Below are positions 51,789 to 62,789 of a stretch of 64,000 nucleotides of DNA, one piece after another; the first letter of the stretch is position 1, and every line of letters starts with the position of its first letter. Origin of the DNA: Felis catus. Taxonomy: Eukaryota. The notes beneath the pieces are model-generated. The model saw nothing but the letters and a program-made list of their open reading frames with translations, did not search any database and was not told the DNA's origin. Where the stretch lies: the NCBI RefSeq assembly GCF_018350175.1, contig NC_058368.1:47370001-47434000 (forward strand), written 5' to 3'. A program made the translations under genes and the position numbers.

Positions 51789-53626
51789 CTGCTTGTTCTT
51801 ATTTCATAGTTACATGCTTTTTTATAACCACTTATTTCATGACTGTTGTTTCTGCCTTTATCTATTTGAAAGTATATTCTTATCTTTGGCCATTTTTGAG
51901 ATTTGTGTTTTCTGTTTCTTTAAGTATAAGCCAGCAGGAAAAGAGAATGCTTAAGTGTCTGCTCTCTAGAGGCTAAGTACCTCTTAGGTGAGTTCAAATG
52001 TCACCTTCATTACTTAGTAATAAGCAAGGTAACCTTTCTATGCCTTTATTTTATCATTCTGTGAAAGTGGGGTAATAATACTTTACAGGATCATTGTGAG
52101 GATTACAGGACATACTCAGAACGCCGTGTCCACTGGCATCTGGTAGTGCTCAAAAAAAGAGTTACCTGTTACTACTAAACTTTCTCCCTCTTTTTCAATT
52201 TGTATGTGAGTTGTTTATGTTTTTCATCTACCTTAGGTACTTCTGTGACTTCTGGTTGGAAGCTCATCTTCCAAAGGAGATCTTTATTGATGTCCTGAAT
52301 TGGAGAAGCATCCTTGGACCGGTAGTGTCACGCCAGCCCCAGCCCTCTGGATCAGACTGGTGGAAACACCCTGGCTCCAGACCCACAGGACACACGGACG
52401 GTCCTTCCCAATCCCTGGCCGTGGCAGATGGCTCGTTTCTGGCCCCAGCTTCTCTCAGGCAGGGCAGCATGCTTTGTCAGGTTTCATTCCCAATCTCCTG
52501 CTGTGGTGCCCATCTGCTCTTCTCTTTGGGGAAAACCTCTCTTTCTAACCAGGAGATCTTCCTTTCTTGTTTTTAAACACTGCTGGGCTGATAATTGCAT
52601 GTTAGTATTATTTCCGGTCCTTTTTATATGCTTGGAGCAGAAAGTTTCGGCAAGTGCTCAATCATCATCAATTTTGATAGTGAATCATCAATTTCTTTAA
52701 TTTTTAGTTTTGATTGTTTTCACAAATTCATTCTACCTTGCTTTGGTATATTCTAAGTGATTAGTGCAGATACCCATAATATGCTCGTAATACTTATTTT
52801 TATTTTGTAGCCAGTCATCTTTAACTCTACTGAAGTTTTTCGGTTTTCAGTTGATTCTCTTGTGTTTTCTAATAGATAATCATTTTACCTACAAATAATA
52901 GTTTCACATCTTTCTTAACAGTCTTTTCCTTTTCTTATCCTGCACTATCTGCTAAAACTTTCCTATTAATGCTTAAAAAAAGCAGTGAAAGCAGGTATTT
53001 CTGATTTTATTTAGAATGCTTTTAACATTCATGTTAAGGATGATGGTGATTTCATATAGCTATCCTTTGGTGTAGCATTTACTGTCTTCTTTGCTAAGAC
53101 TCTAAAATTAGGAAAAAAGTGTTGAGTCTTATGAATACCTTTTCAGCAAACACTGAAATAACCAGGTAATTTTCCTTTTTACATAGCAAGAGAGTACATT
53201 ATGTTGCCAGACTACAGTCACAGAAGAACAATAAGCATGGAAAATCCCTACTTTTACTGTAAGCAGTTAGCAAGCCTGCTCTTTACCTTGAAGTAGAATG
53301 GATGTTACCTCATTCCTCACATTGGTCACTGTAAACATTTCCCTGAGAAATAGCAGGAAGAAAGAACAGTCAGGGCCTTGCCTTCTTGGCCTCCAGAGCA
53401 AGAATGTGCAGGTATGCTCAGGTCTCATAGGCTGCATCTCTCAACAGCGACACTGCATGACTTCTGACACTAGGCTTAAAAAGATAATATAATTTCCTCC
53501 TGACTCTCTCTTGAGACACTCTCCCTGGCAACCCAGCCACCAACTGGGAGCAAACCCACATGTTCCAGACAACAGCCGTGCTGCAGGCCCAGCTAATAGA
53601 CAGTGTCAACTAGAAGATATGTGAGT

Positions 53627-53853
53627 GGGGTGCCTGGGTGGCTCAGTCGGTTGAGTGTCTGACTCTTGATTTCGGCTCAGGTCAGGATCTCACAGGTCGT
53701 GAGTTTCGAGCCCCACGTCAGGCTCTGTTCTAACAGTGCAGAGCCTGCTTCAGATTCTCTCTCTCCATCTTTCTCTGCCCCTCCCCACCGCTTGCTTGCT
53801 CTCACGCTCTCTCTCTCAAAATAAGTAAATAAACTAAAAAAAAAAAAAAAAAA
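53627..53853 (+). mobile_element. Can-SINE inserted in an MLT1-like LTR (~53200-54060)
   Basis: TSD TAGAAGATA(T/C)GTGAGTG on both sides. Confidence 0.88.
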
Positions 53854-55464
53854 ATAGAAGATACGTGAGTGAAGAAGCTTTGGGATGACTCTAGAATCAG
53901 CACTAACTGCAATGCACGAGAGACCCCCAATGAGAACTACCCAGACAAGACTGGCCAATGTCCAGAACTGTGAGAGACAAGTACACAACTGTGAGCAACA
54001 AGTGTTGCTGTTTTATTTCACTAACCATGGGATGGTTTGTTACAGGACAGTAGAAAACCAGAACACATACTCTGACCCTACTCCAACTCGCCAACATTAT
54101 CATCACCATCATCATTAACTGATACCGACAAATTCTCCTCCCCAGTTTTCTCTTCCTGGTAGACCCCTATCCATAAATGCTCTGCTCGCTCTTCATGCCT
54201 TTGTTCATGCTTTTCTCCTCTGCCTTTTTCTATGTAATTCCATGCTCTCTTTCAGGTCCATCTCAGTACTAGTATTTCTTTCCTTTAAGCTTGCTTATAA
54301 GATTTATGTTGATCTTTACTTCCTAACTTCATAACCTGTCGGTAATAAGTACTTCTATAGTGCCTACTGTGTAATTGGTACTTACATGTATTTTACGCCT
54401 ATGTTACTGCTGTAAATATAGTTATGAAAAGGTAAATATGGTCCCAGTCCTCATGAAATTATGGTGTAGGTGAGATAGATATTGAAGTAATAACTGATCC
54501 TTGTTAAAAGGGAAATAGGGACAAGAAAAGCATACCTCCAAAACAAATTACAAGGACATCCTACTTAGTTGTGACAGTGTTTAGGAAAGATTTGTTCTGA
54601 AAAAGTGACAATTAAACTTAGACTTCAAGGGTGAAGACAACCTGAATAATGCAGAGGCAGGAAAAAGTGCAAAGAGAGGGAGAGTGAAGAAAACAACTTG
54701 TGCAAAAGTTCCTGTGCTAGACAGAACTTGGTAAGTTCACAGAATAAATTCATAGATCTGAAAGGCTCTTCATGTAAAGGCAATGTAATTACAGGGGGAG
54801 CATAGGTGTAAAATATGAGAAAAGATAGACATGAACACACACTAAGGCTCCACTGAAGATTTCAGAACTTTGGCAAGATATAAAAACGGGAGTATACAAA
54901 CAGATTTTCATTTTTAAAAGACTTTGGCTGCATAGTATGGAATAGATCTTGGAAAGAGAGTCCAGTTAAGTTATTGCGATCTTGGTGATAGAATGGCAGA
55001 TGGCATGAACAGGAGAGATAGAGACAAGTGGTTCAATTTGAGATGTAGGAAGAATTGAAAGGGCTTAGTAAAGAAAAGAAGGCAGGGAAGGTCAAAGAAA
55101 GAAAAATGACTGCTAGGTTTATTTCTCCCATCAGTAATTAGACTGACAGCAAGGAATATACATTTGTTTCACTGACACTGCCTTGTACACTGTGAACTCT
55201 CTTAACTCCTTTTTCTAGCTGACTACCTGGTATATAACTAAGCAGCACTACCGTGAAAGATAAAGAAGTTTTTGTTTTTTTAACAAAATTGTTAAAAACC
55301 ATAATTACCAGTAATAATTGGAGGCATAAAGAAAATATAGGAAAACAAAACTCAAAGTATGAAACTATCAATAAAGAGTATCTAAAATGTCAAAACGCTG
55401 AAAAGCAAAAAAGGTCACTGAGTACACTGGAGGACAGACAGAGGGGTAGCTGAAAAGGCTGACA

Positions 55465-55682
55465 TTAAAAAAAATTTTTTTTAATGTTTATTTATTTTGG
55501 AGAGAGAGAAAGAGACAGAGCACGAGTGGGAGTGGGCAGAGAGAGGGAGAATAGAATCTGAAACAGGCTCCAGGCTCTGAGCGGTCAGCACAGAGCCTGA
55601 CGCAGGGCTCGAACTCATGGGCCGTGAGATCACAACCTGAGCTGAAATCAAACACTTAACCAACTGAGCCACCCAGGCATCT
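55465..55682 (-). mobile_element. Can-SINE
   Basis: TSD GAAAAGGCTGACATT. Confidence 0.9.
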
Positions 55683-56554
55683 GGAAAAGGCTGACATTTT
55701 AAAGAAGGAATCTGGGAGAGAATGTTAAGAATCTAAAAATGAGAGCAGGGGACTGATACAAGACCGTATACTAAATTAGGACCAGAATCGGTCAGGTTCC
55801 TTTCAGAGTGAGCCACATAGATAAACTATAAAGTCTACTTGCTTCTGAAGTATCATCAAAATGTTTTTATTTTATAATAAAAATAAAAATGTTCATAGCT
55901 GACCCTAACATCATTCAGATCCGTTAAAAGATTAAATTACTATTAGCTGACTCTAGTACTGATGGGAGAGGAGTAAAATGAGGAGAAATATACTAGACCT
56001 TGAAGGAGGGAAGTCAGATTCAAAAACTTTTGGCTCTCATGGGTGGATATAAATACAGGGAAACCCCACATTAACAGAGTTTCATATATTAATGCTATTT
56101 GGGTAGTTCAGTCTAGCCCGTTGGGCAAGCTAAAGTTTTATTTCTGGGAATGAATGTGAAGGAAGATGGGATTATAAAATGACAACATGTAAACTTGTCC
56201 AATTCACTGTATGGTCAATTATTTACAGTGTGTCACTGTGTTTACCTTTGTGTCTCAATTATTATAGACAAGATGGAAAATATAGTTTTCTGTTAACTTC
56301 ACAATAATTCAACTTCACATTTTATGTGACTGTCTTAGACTCTAATTATGGCATGACATATGGCAGGGATTTTCTGTAAGTTTAGAGTTCTAATGGACAT
56401 AACAGTCCCTAGCTGCCACATTTAACAAATGGTGATCCAGTGCCAACCTGGGGCCTTTCTATCTTGAGGTTTGTGGGCAAACTGTGTATAGAGGAGCAGC
56501 ATTCTCAAAGTCACATAGCTTCTCTATGAATTTTTATTTTTAAAACAATCTGTA

Positions 56555-56940
56555 GGGGCACCTGGGTGGCTCAGTCAGTTGAGCATCGGACTCTTGATTT
56601 TGGCTCAGGTCAAGATCTCACGGTTTGTGGGTTCGAGCACTGCGTCAGGCTCTGCACTAACAAGAGTCTGTTTGAGATTCTCTCTCTCCCTCTTCCCTGT
56701 GTGTGTGTGCTCTCTCAATAAATAGACTTTATGAGGCGCCTGGGTGGCTCAGTGGGTTAAGTGTCCAACCCTAGATTTTGGCTCAGGTCACGATCTCAGG
56801 GTTCAGGAGTTTGAGCCCCACATCGGCCTCTGTGCTGGCAGTGTGAAGCCTGCTTGGGATTCACTCTGTCTCCCTGTCTCTGCCACTCCCCAGCTCTCCC
56901 TCTCTTTCAAAGCAAATACATAAACTTTAAAATAAACTTT
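56555..56940 (+). mobile_element. Two tandem Can-SINEs
   Basis: Heads at 56555 and ~56733. Confidence 0.87.
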
Positions 56941-57925
56941 AAAGAAAAAAATGTCATTTCTTCACTTTTTCATATGCTTATACTCTCAATAATCATTTTA
57001 CACACACTTCTCAGTAAAAATCTTGATGCAACCAATACAATCAGTTCTCATTTGTACATCGGCAATTTCACCAGCAATAAAATGTGAGTTTTCCATTCAA
57101 ATGGGATTCTATGGCCATATAAATAAGGACCTGAGCATAGCTAACATAAGAAAACTAACAGGAAGGGAGGCCTCTTACTCTCCATTCGGTTAGAAAACCC
57201 ACTGGCTTCCAAGCAAAGATGTAAAACAAAACCAGCATCGCCCCACTTTTTGAAAGTTCGTCTCCACTTAGCTTTTACGAAAGATCTATATTAATAGCTA
57301 TTTTTGCTAAACAAAAGAAATCCAAAGAGGGTTAAAAAAAAAAAAAGGCAGAAAGTGAAAATAGTGTTCAGTGCTTGTTTGCAGCAAGCCATTAGCATGT
57401 AACCCCAGCATTTAGAGCATCACTGCCAAGCTCCTTCCCCAGGAATTACACTCAGTATCTCACCATCAAGCTGCCAGAGCTTTGAACTATTACCGGGAGC
57501 ACATGTGCTTTATCTCTGTTTCTTTTGTATATCTGTCAACAAGATGTGTCTTAAGGTATCAGAAAAGTCCAAGAAAGATTATTTTCTGGATTTGAGAACA
57601 CTCAAAAAATTTTCCATATAAGTTAATACTAACTGCTTCTTCACTTTACACCATTTCAGCTTAGGAAAAGTTTCATGGGAACACTGCTTTCGGAAAGCTG
57701 GGGAAACCTGTAATGTTATACACATATCACTTCTTATGTATTTAAGTCCACTTACAAAATAAAACTAATATGCTGTGGTACACTGAGAAAGAACGGGAAA
57801 TAAGCTGAAAATGGTGTTAAGAACAAAATTCTACGTTTCGGAGAAACACCAAATAGATTCTTGGTAAGTAAAACTTAGATGCAAAGATTCTAGTAATATA
57901 AGTAGTTCCTTAAAAAGGAAGCAGT

Positions 57926-58145
57926 GGGGCACCTGGGTGGCTCAGTCGGTTAAGCCTCCGACTTCGGCTCAGGTCATGATCTCACAGTTCATGAGTTCGA
58001 GCCCCGCATCGGGCTCTGTGCTGACAGCTCAGAGCCTGGAGCCTGCTTCACATTCTGTGTCTCCCTCTCTCTGCCCCTTCCCTTCTCATGCTGTGTCTCT
58101 CTCTGTCTCAAAAACGAATAAACATTAAAAAAATAAAAAATAAAA
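57926..58145 (+). mobile_element. Can-SINE
   Basis: Full-length with A tail and TAAAAAGGAA flanks. Confidence 0.9.
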
Positions 58146-58669
58146 AGGAAACAGCAACCTGTGCAGAAAAAGCAAGAAGCCTTATTAGAAGCCCCCATAA
58201 GAGGCAGCTGAATCACTAAGTGGGGCCCTACAGTAAAGCAGACAAGGAGATACAGCGGGAAGGCTGACACTACTTAGTGAGAACTGCACACCACAGTTAG
58301 GGTTCAATAAAGATGGAGACTGATGTCAGTATCCACTGGAAAATGTCAAAAACGCAGTGTTTTAACATCCATCAAACACACATAGGTGGATGCGAATAAA
58401 AAGGAGACAAAGGATTCTGCAAGTGGGATGTACACGTAACATAACATAAAAATAAAAGTAACTACTTTTTGATCACCTTTGATACACCTTTACCTGGTTG
58501 TCTTAAATATTCACAATAACCTCAGGAGGAAGTGATCTCATTTTACACAGAATAAAGAAAGAAGCAAGCTCAATGATGTTTAAGTAGCTTGTCTAAACTC
58601 ACCCCCAGGAGTACAAAGTGGCCAAGCCGGCAGAGAGTAGAGAAAACAGAAAGGGTAACTCCAAGACAC

Positions 58670-59800
58670 GTCTAGCACGTGTGCGCAGGCTTTACGCCCG
58701 CTTGCTTGCGGGCGCGAAAACAGGTTAAATACACCTACAGTCTCAGACACGGGCGTCACTTGATCCAGTACGAACAGAGCAGTTATGAAGGGGTTGACCT
58801 AACAAGCGCCTACTGTACTGCTAAGAGACAAAGGACACAGAGGTGACCAAACACACAAGGCCACTGTCTGCAAGGGGCTTACAGACCTGCAGACTGTCCT
58901 CGCTCGGGACTATAAGGAAGGGGGACTCTGCACCAGGTCCGGCTCAGAAGTGGGTGCGTGGGGCGACAACGGCTCCCGAGGCCTGCAAGGGGGGAAAGGA
59001 CAAGAGGACCCGACGCAGCGAAGGGGCGTGGCGCGCGGGGAGGGGGCGGCGCGCGGCTCCCGCGCGGTAAACACGGAGCGCGTGCCGGGCTGACGTGGGG
59101 GCCTGAACGTCGTGCGCGCGACAAACTACGCAAGAACGAAGAGACAACTCCCAAAGGATGGGGCCATCAGCCCTACGGCCCTGGCGGGTCCCTTGGGAGA
59201 ACCCTCAAAGATGCTGTTTGGGGCAGGAAGTGGACCTAAAGTCCTTCTGGACTCATCGCCGCCTGGGAGGCCTGGCTGCGGGAAACGGAGACAAGGTAAA
59301 GGGGGACTAACGGGCACTCACCATCCATGGTCTCCCTCACCGCGTTCAGATTCGCCGCCGCCGCCGCCGCCCCGGCACCGCTGCTACTCGCCATGGCGGA
59401 GGCCGAGGGAGGCGGGAAAAGGGCCTGACCCGGAACTGGAGCGCCTTCCTTTCTCCTGGGCAATCACACCGCGCGTCCTCAGCTCACGCCGGGCAGGCTC
59501 CGCCCCTCGCGCTCGTCGCCAGCGTGAGGCTGCGTTGATTTAAATTTGGAGCCTCGTTACTCAGCGCGGAATGTGAAGCGAGGAGTTGCCATTCGAATTT
59601 ACTACGCGGCCTCGATGCGATTGGTTGGTTCGCGGACAGCGGTACGTCGCGATTGGCTAGCTCCCCACAAGGCCCGTGCCCTGGTTGGCCTAAGACAGCG
59701 CGGAAGCGGGGAGTTAAAGAGTCTGTGCTTGTCGTGGGAGCTGGCCTGGCCCCTCGGGAGCGCCCTGGAGTCGCCTATTGGGGGGCTTCCTTTTTACACA
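58670..59800. promoter_or_regulatory. CpG island / bidirectional MZT1-BORA promoter
   Basis: Only extended CpG-dense non-repeat region of the window, between divergent genes. Contains a GC box (~59497-59506), ETS-like CCGGAA (59430-59435) and CGGAAG (59701-59706), and E2F consensus GCGGGAAA (59412-59419) and GCGCGAAA (58712-58719). Also ATTGG at 59620 and 59652, TTTAAA at 59539-59544 and TTCGAA at 59592-59597. Confidence 0.9.
59322..59394 (-). CDS. MZT1: MZT1 (mitotic spindle organizing protein 1 / MOZART1) coding exon 1
   Basis: ATG at 59394 in strong Kozak context (GCCATGG). Translates MASSSGAGAAAAAANLNAVRETMD plus 1 nt, followed by donor G|GTGAGT. Matches the recalled mammalian MZT1 N-terminus. 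Confidence 0.97.
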
Positions 59801-59809
59801 CACCACTAG
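59700..59809 (+). other. BORA: BORA non-coding exon 1 (5' boundary approximate)
   Basis: Lies in the CpG island just downstream of the CCAAT boxes and ends at donor CTAG|GTATGT. The start codon is in the next exon. Confidence 0.65.
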
Positions 59810-60524
59810 GTATGTTCTTTGTAGTTCCTGGCCTTTCCTCTTGTCTGGAATTGGAGAGATCACTTTTCCTTTCTCGGAACCCACCTGCCCACTGTCCCCG
59901 GGGTGAATGGGAGCAGCGAGGGAATAGGTGAGGAAGAGTTGGAGGGTGGGGGGGACGCCAAAGTATGATCATGTAGGGTTGGGGGTGACACTGGCTTGAG
60001 TGTCCACCCTGCCCCTCACCCAACGAAACCAGCTGCTTCAGCCTTCCAAGAAGTGGATTCTTTATCCACGGTCGTATCCCCCGATGACTGAAAGCAATGC
60101 AGTTTCGCCTTCTACCCTGGAAGTCAGCGAAAGGAGGATGTTTGAGGAGAGGCAACCAAAGGTGGTTAATTTCTTAGCCCTCATCAGTCATACTTATTTG
60201 ATTGGTGCTAATGTGGAGGAAAGGCACCCGTGCACAGGCTTCCTCGTCTCGTATTTGCTTGTTGTAAATAACTGTTGTTTAGTAACTGCAGTTTAATAGG
60301 CAATTGCTGGGATATCCGAAGGTTGTTCAAAATGCTTCGAGATGTGAAATAAAGAAACCATAGGTGTAAGTCCTTTAGTTGAAAAGAGTTTTGTGTCTGT
60401 TGTTAACATTTAGTTGCCTCAGATCGATCCTGAACACATTCATATTTGGCTGACTGCTATTTATATGCCACTTAACTTCTCTGAGCTTAATTCTTCTGCA
60501 AAATGGTATCACTACTACCATACC

Positions 60525-60589
60525 TCAAGGTTATTTTAAGGATCGCTTCAAGGTTATTTTAAGCCTTCAAGGTTATTTTAAGGATCGCT
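60525..60589 (+). repeat. Three copies of TCAAGGTTATTTTAAG
   Basis: Copies at 60525-60540, 60548-60563 and 60567-60582. Confidence 0.95.
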
Positions 60590-60778
60590 GTAGAAACTAT
60601 ATGTGATGCCTCTTTGTAAACTATATTTTTTTAAAAAACCCAAGAGCGTTAGATTTTGAGGGTTTTTTTTTTTTTTTGCGAAATATGCTTATTGAATACA
60701 TTTTAGTTGTCCCAGTGGATGTGGAACTTTATAGTTTTATTGTCCATACTTATTTCTTTTTAGTTTTCTCTCTGTGCT

Positions 60779-60931
60779 ATGGGAGATGTCAAAGAATCAA
60801 AAATGCAAATAACACCGGAAACTCCAGGAAGGATCCCAGTTTTGAATCCTTTCGAAAGTCCTGGTGATTATTCTAATCTCCATGAACAAACGCTCTCCAG
60901 TCCTTCTGTTTTTAAATCAACGAAATTACCA
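60779..60931 (+). CDS. BORA: BORA (Aurora kinase A activator) first coding exon
   Basis: Acceptor TTTCTTTTTAG| ends at 60763 and the ATG is at 60779. Encodes [51 protein letters not shown] (51 codons), then donor CCA|GTAAGT. Matches the recalled BORA N-terminus with S/T-P CDK sites. Confidence 0.96.
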
Positions 60932-61396
60932 GTAAGTTATTCTTGACTAGTATTTATAAGTTAGTGTTTACAAACTATTTTAAATGTAAACATTTTTCTT
61001 AGCAAGTTAAGGGAGAAATTTATCATGGAGCACACATATCTGGAATGTGCTTTTTTAGTTGTAATGTTCACTATAGTGTAGTGGTTGGGCTAAAAATAAG
61101 TTAGCTAGGTGGATTTTTTTGTTTTTGTTTTTGTTTTTTTGATGTTGTTAGCATTTCCCCTTTTTTTTATTCAGTAGATAATATGTTGGCTTCCTGTAAC
61201 TAGATGTACCTAGATAGTATGATTGCTGATATATTAACTAATACCATATTCCAGGAGAAGCTATGTTCTCTAATTATCTATTCTCATTTATTCAGGAAAC
61301 CTATTTGAATGCTGCTTTGTATTCGATAAAGTGCTAGACGTAGAGAACAAGTCAGGGTCATCAGACACAAACTCTCAAGAAGCTTGTATTCTAATA

Positions 61397-61665
61397 CAGA
61401 GATCACCAAACTATTTCTGTCAAGGGCCAGACAGTAAATATTTTAGGCTTTGCGGGTCATCTTGTTGCTGTTACAACTAGTCACTATGCCTTGTATCACA
61501 AAAGCAACCATAGGCAATATGTAAACAATGAGACCTTGCTGTGTTTCAATAAAGCTCTCTTTATGGACATTTAAATTTCATATAATTTTCACATGTCATA
61601 AAATGATAATATCCTTTTAGTTTTTCCAACCATTTTTAGCTTGCAGATTGTAGAAGCCAACCTCT
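61397..61665. mobile_element. MER58-like hAT-Charlie DNA transposon relic
   Basis: AAACTATTTCTGTCAAGGGCCAGACAGTAAATATTTTAGGCTTTGCGGG hallmark. Confidence 0.78.
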
Positions 61666-62682
61666 ACTCTAAAGGAATAGACATAACTAATCTAGGGACT
61701 TCAAAACAATATATGTGCCACAATTAGTGGTTAAACACAAGGGTGATATGGAAGGGAAAATGCTCTTGGAGGTTAGGGAAGACTTCATCCCTCTAGGTTA
61801 TGTTTGCTGTTATTTGCCACCTAACAAGAGCAAGAACACTGGAGTTCTTTTGAAGTATAATGTCTTAACCTAGTAAATTACCTAGAAAAACTGCCAAGTG
61901 TGTGGCTGTTTATACTACACTTTCATACCAGCTTAAACAAAGACCAAGTGGAGGAGAAAGTTTTACAGTTATGTAGTTTATATTGAGTCATGAATCTGAC
62001 CTCGTGATTTTTTATTGAACCTTATTAAATGTTAGCTATATGTTAATATAGAATAGATAATGGATTGGCTGCAACTTAATCCTCAAAGCCAGAATGTGTG
62101 GCATGTTGACCTTTTAAGCCTGATTTTTGTCAAAAATGCATTCTGAATTACAGATTAGGTTTTGGATAAGTTTTTGGTTCAGTTGGATAGTTGACTACAG
62201 AAAAGCAGCAGTGATTACCATTCATAATTATTTTAAGGATCAACTATTTTATGAACCTTTGTAGGCACTTCTGTAGTTAGTACTTGGTTTAGTTTCACTT
62301 CATTCGTAAGTAAAAGTAAAGACCTATGATAACTCTTAAAAAAGATTTTTACTTGGGCATGGTGCATCACTGATGAGTATTAATTGTGAAATTTCTATAC
62401 TTCATTATTCTACTGTGACTTTTTTCCATTATTATGTAATTTCAAAAATCACCCAAATGGAAGATTTGGGTATTTTAAAATAGATATGGTCCAGTCAGTT
62501 GGTTTTATGATTTGATTATCATTTGCCATTTAATTTACTGGTAAAGCCAAATTTTAAAATATGAGCTTTAAAATACTTTTGTATTATAACCATTCACATT
62601 ATTTTTGAAGCTGACAGTTGTTAGCATTGTGATGAACTATTTTAGTTTGCTTTTACTTATAGGTTCACTTTCTTTTGTTAAG

Positions 62683-62789
62683 ACTCCAGGGAAATTTAGA
62701 TGGTCTATTGATCAACTAGCTGTAATAAATCCGGTAGAAATAGACCCAGAAGACATTCATCGTCAAGCTTTATACTTAAGTCATTCTCG
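62683..62789 (+). CDS. BORA: BORA second coding exon (gene continues beyond window)
   Basis: Acceptor TTTCTTTTGTTAAG|. Encodes [35 protein letters not shown](R), then donor CG|GTAAGT. Phase 0 join with the previous exon. Confidence 0.95.

Noticed and set aside
1396..58270. Recurrent MAQSVK/MAQLVK-type ORFs and tRNA-like A/B boxes
   Set aside because: All are Can-SINE derived. They are neither protein genes nor functional tRNAs.
58843..59543. Arg/Pro/Gly-rich ORFs in the CpG island
   Set aside because: Expected from GC content. Only the MZT1 exon 1 frame is supported.
60525..60589. CRISPR-like repeat-spacer array
   Set aside because: Eukaryotic intron, spacers of only 3-7 bp and no cas genes.
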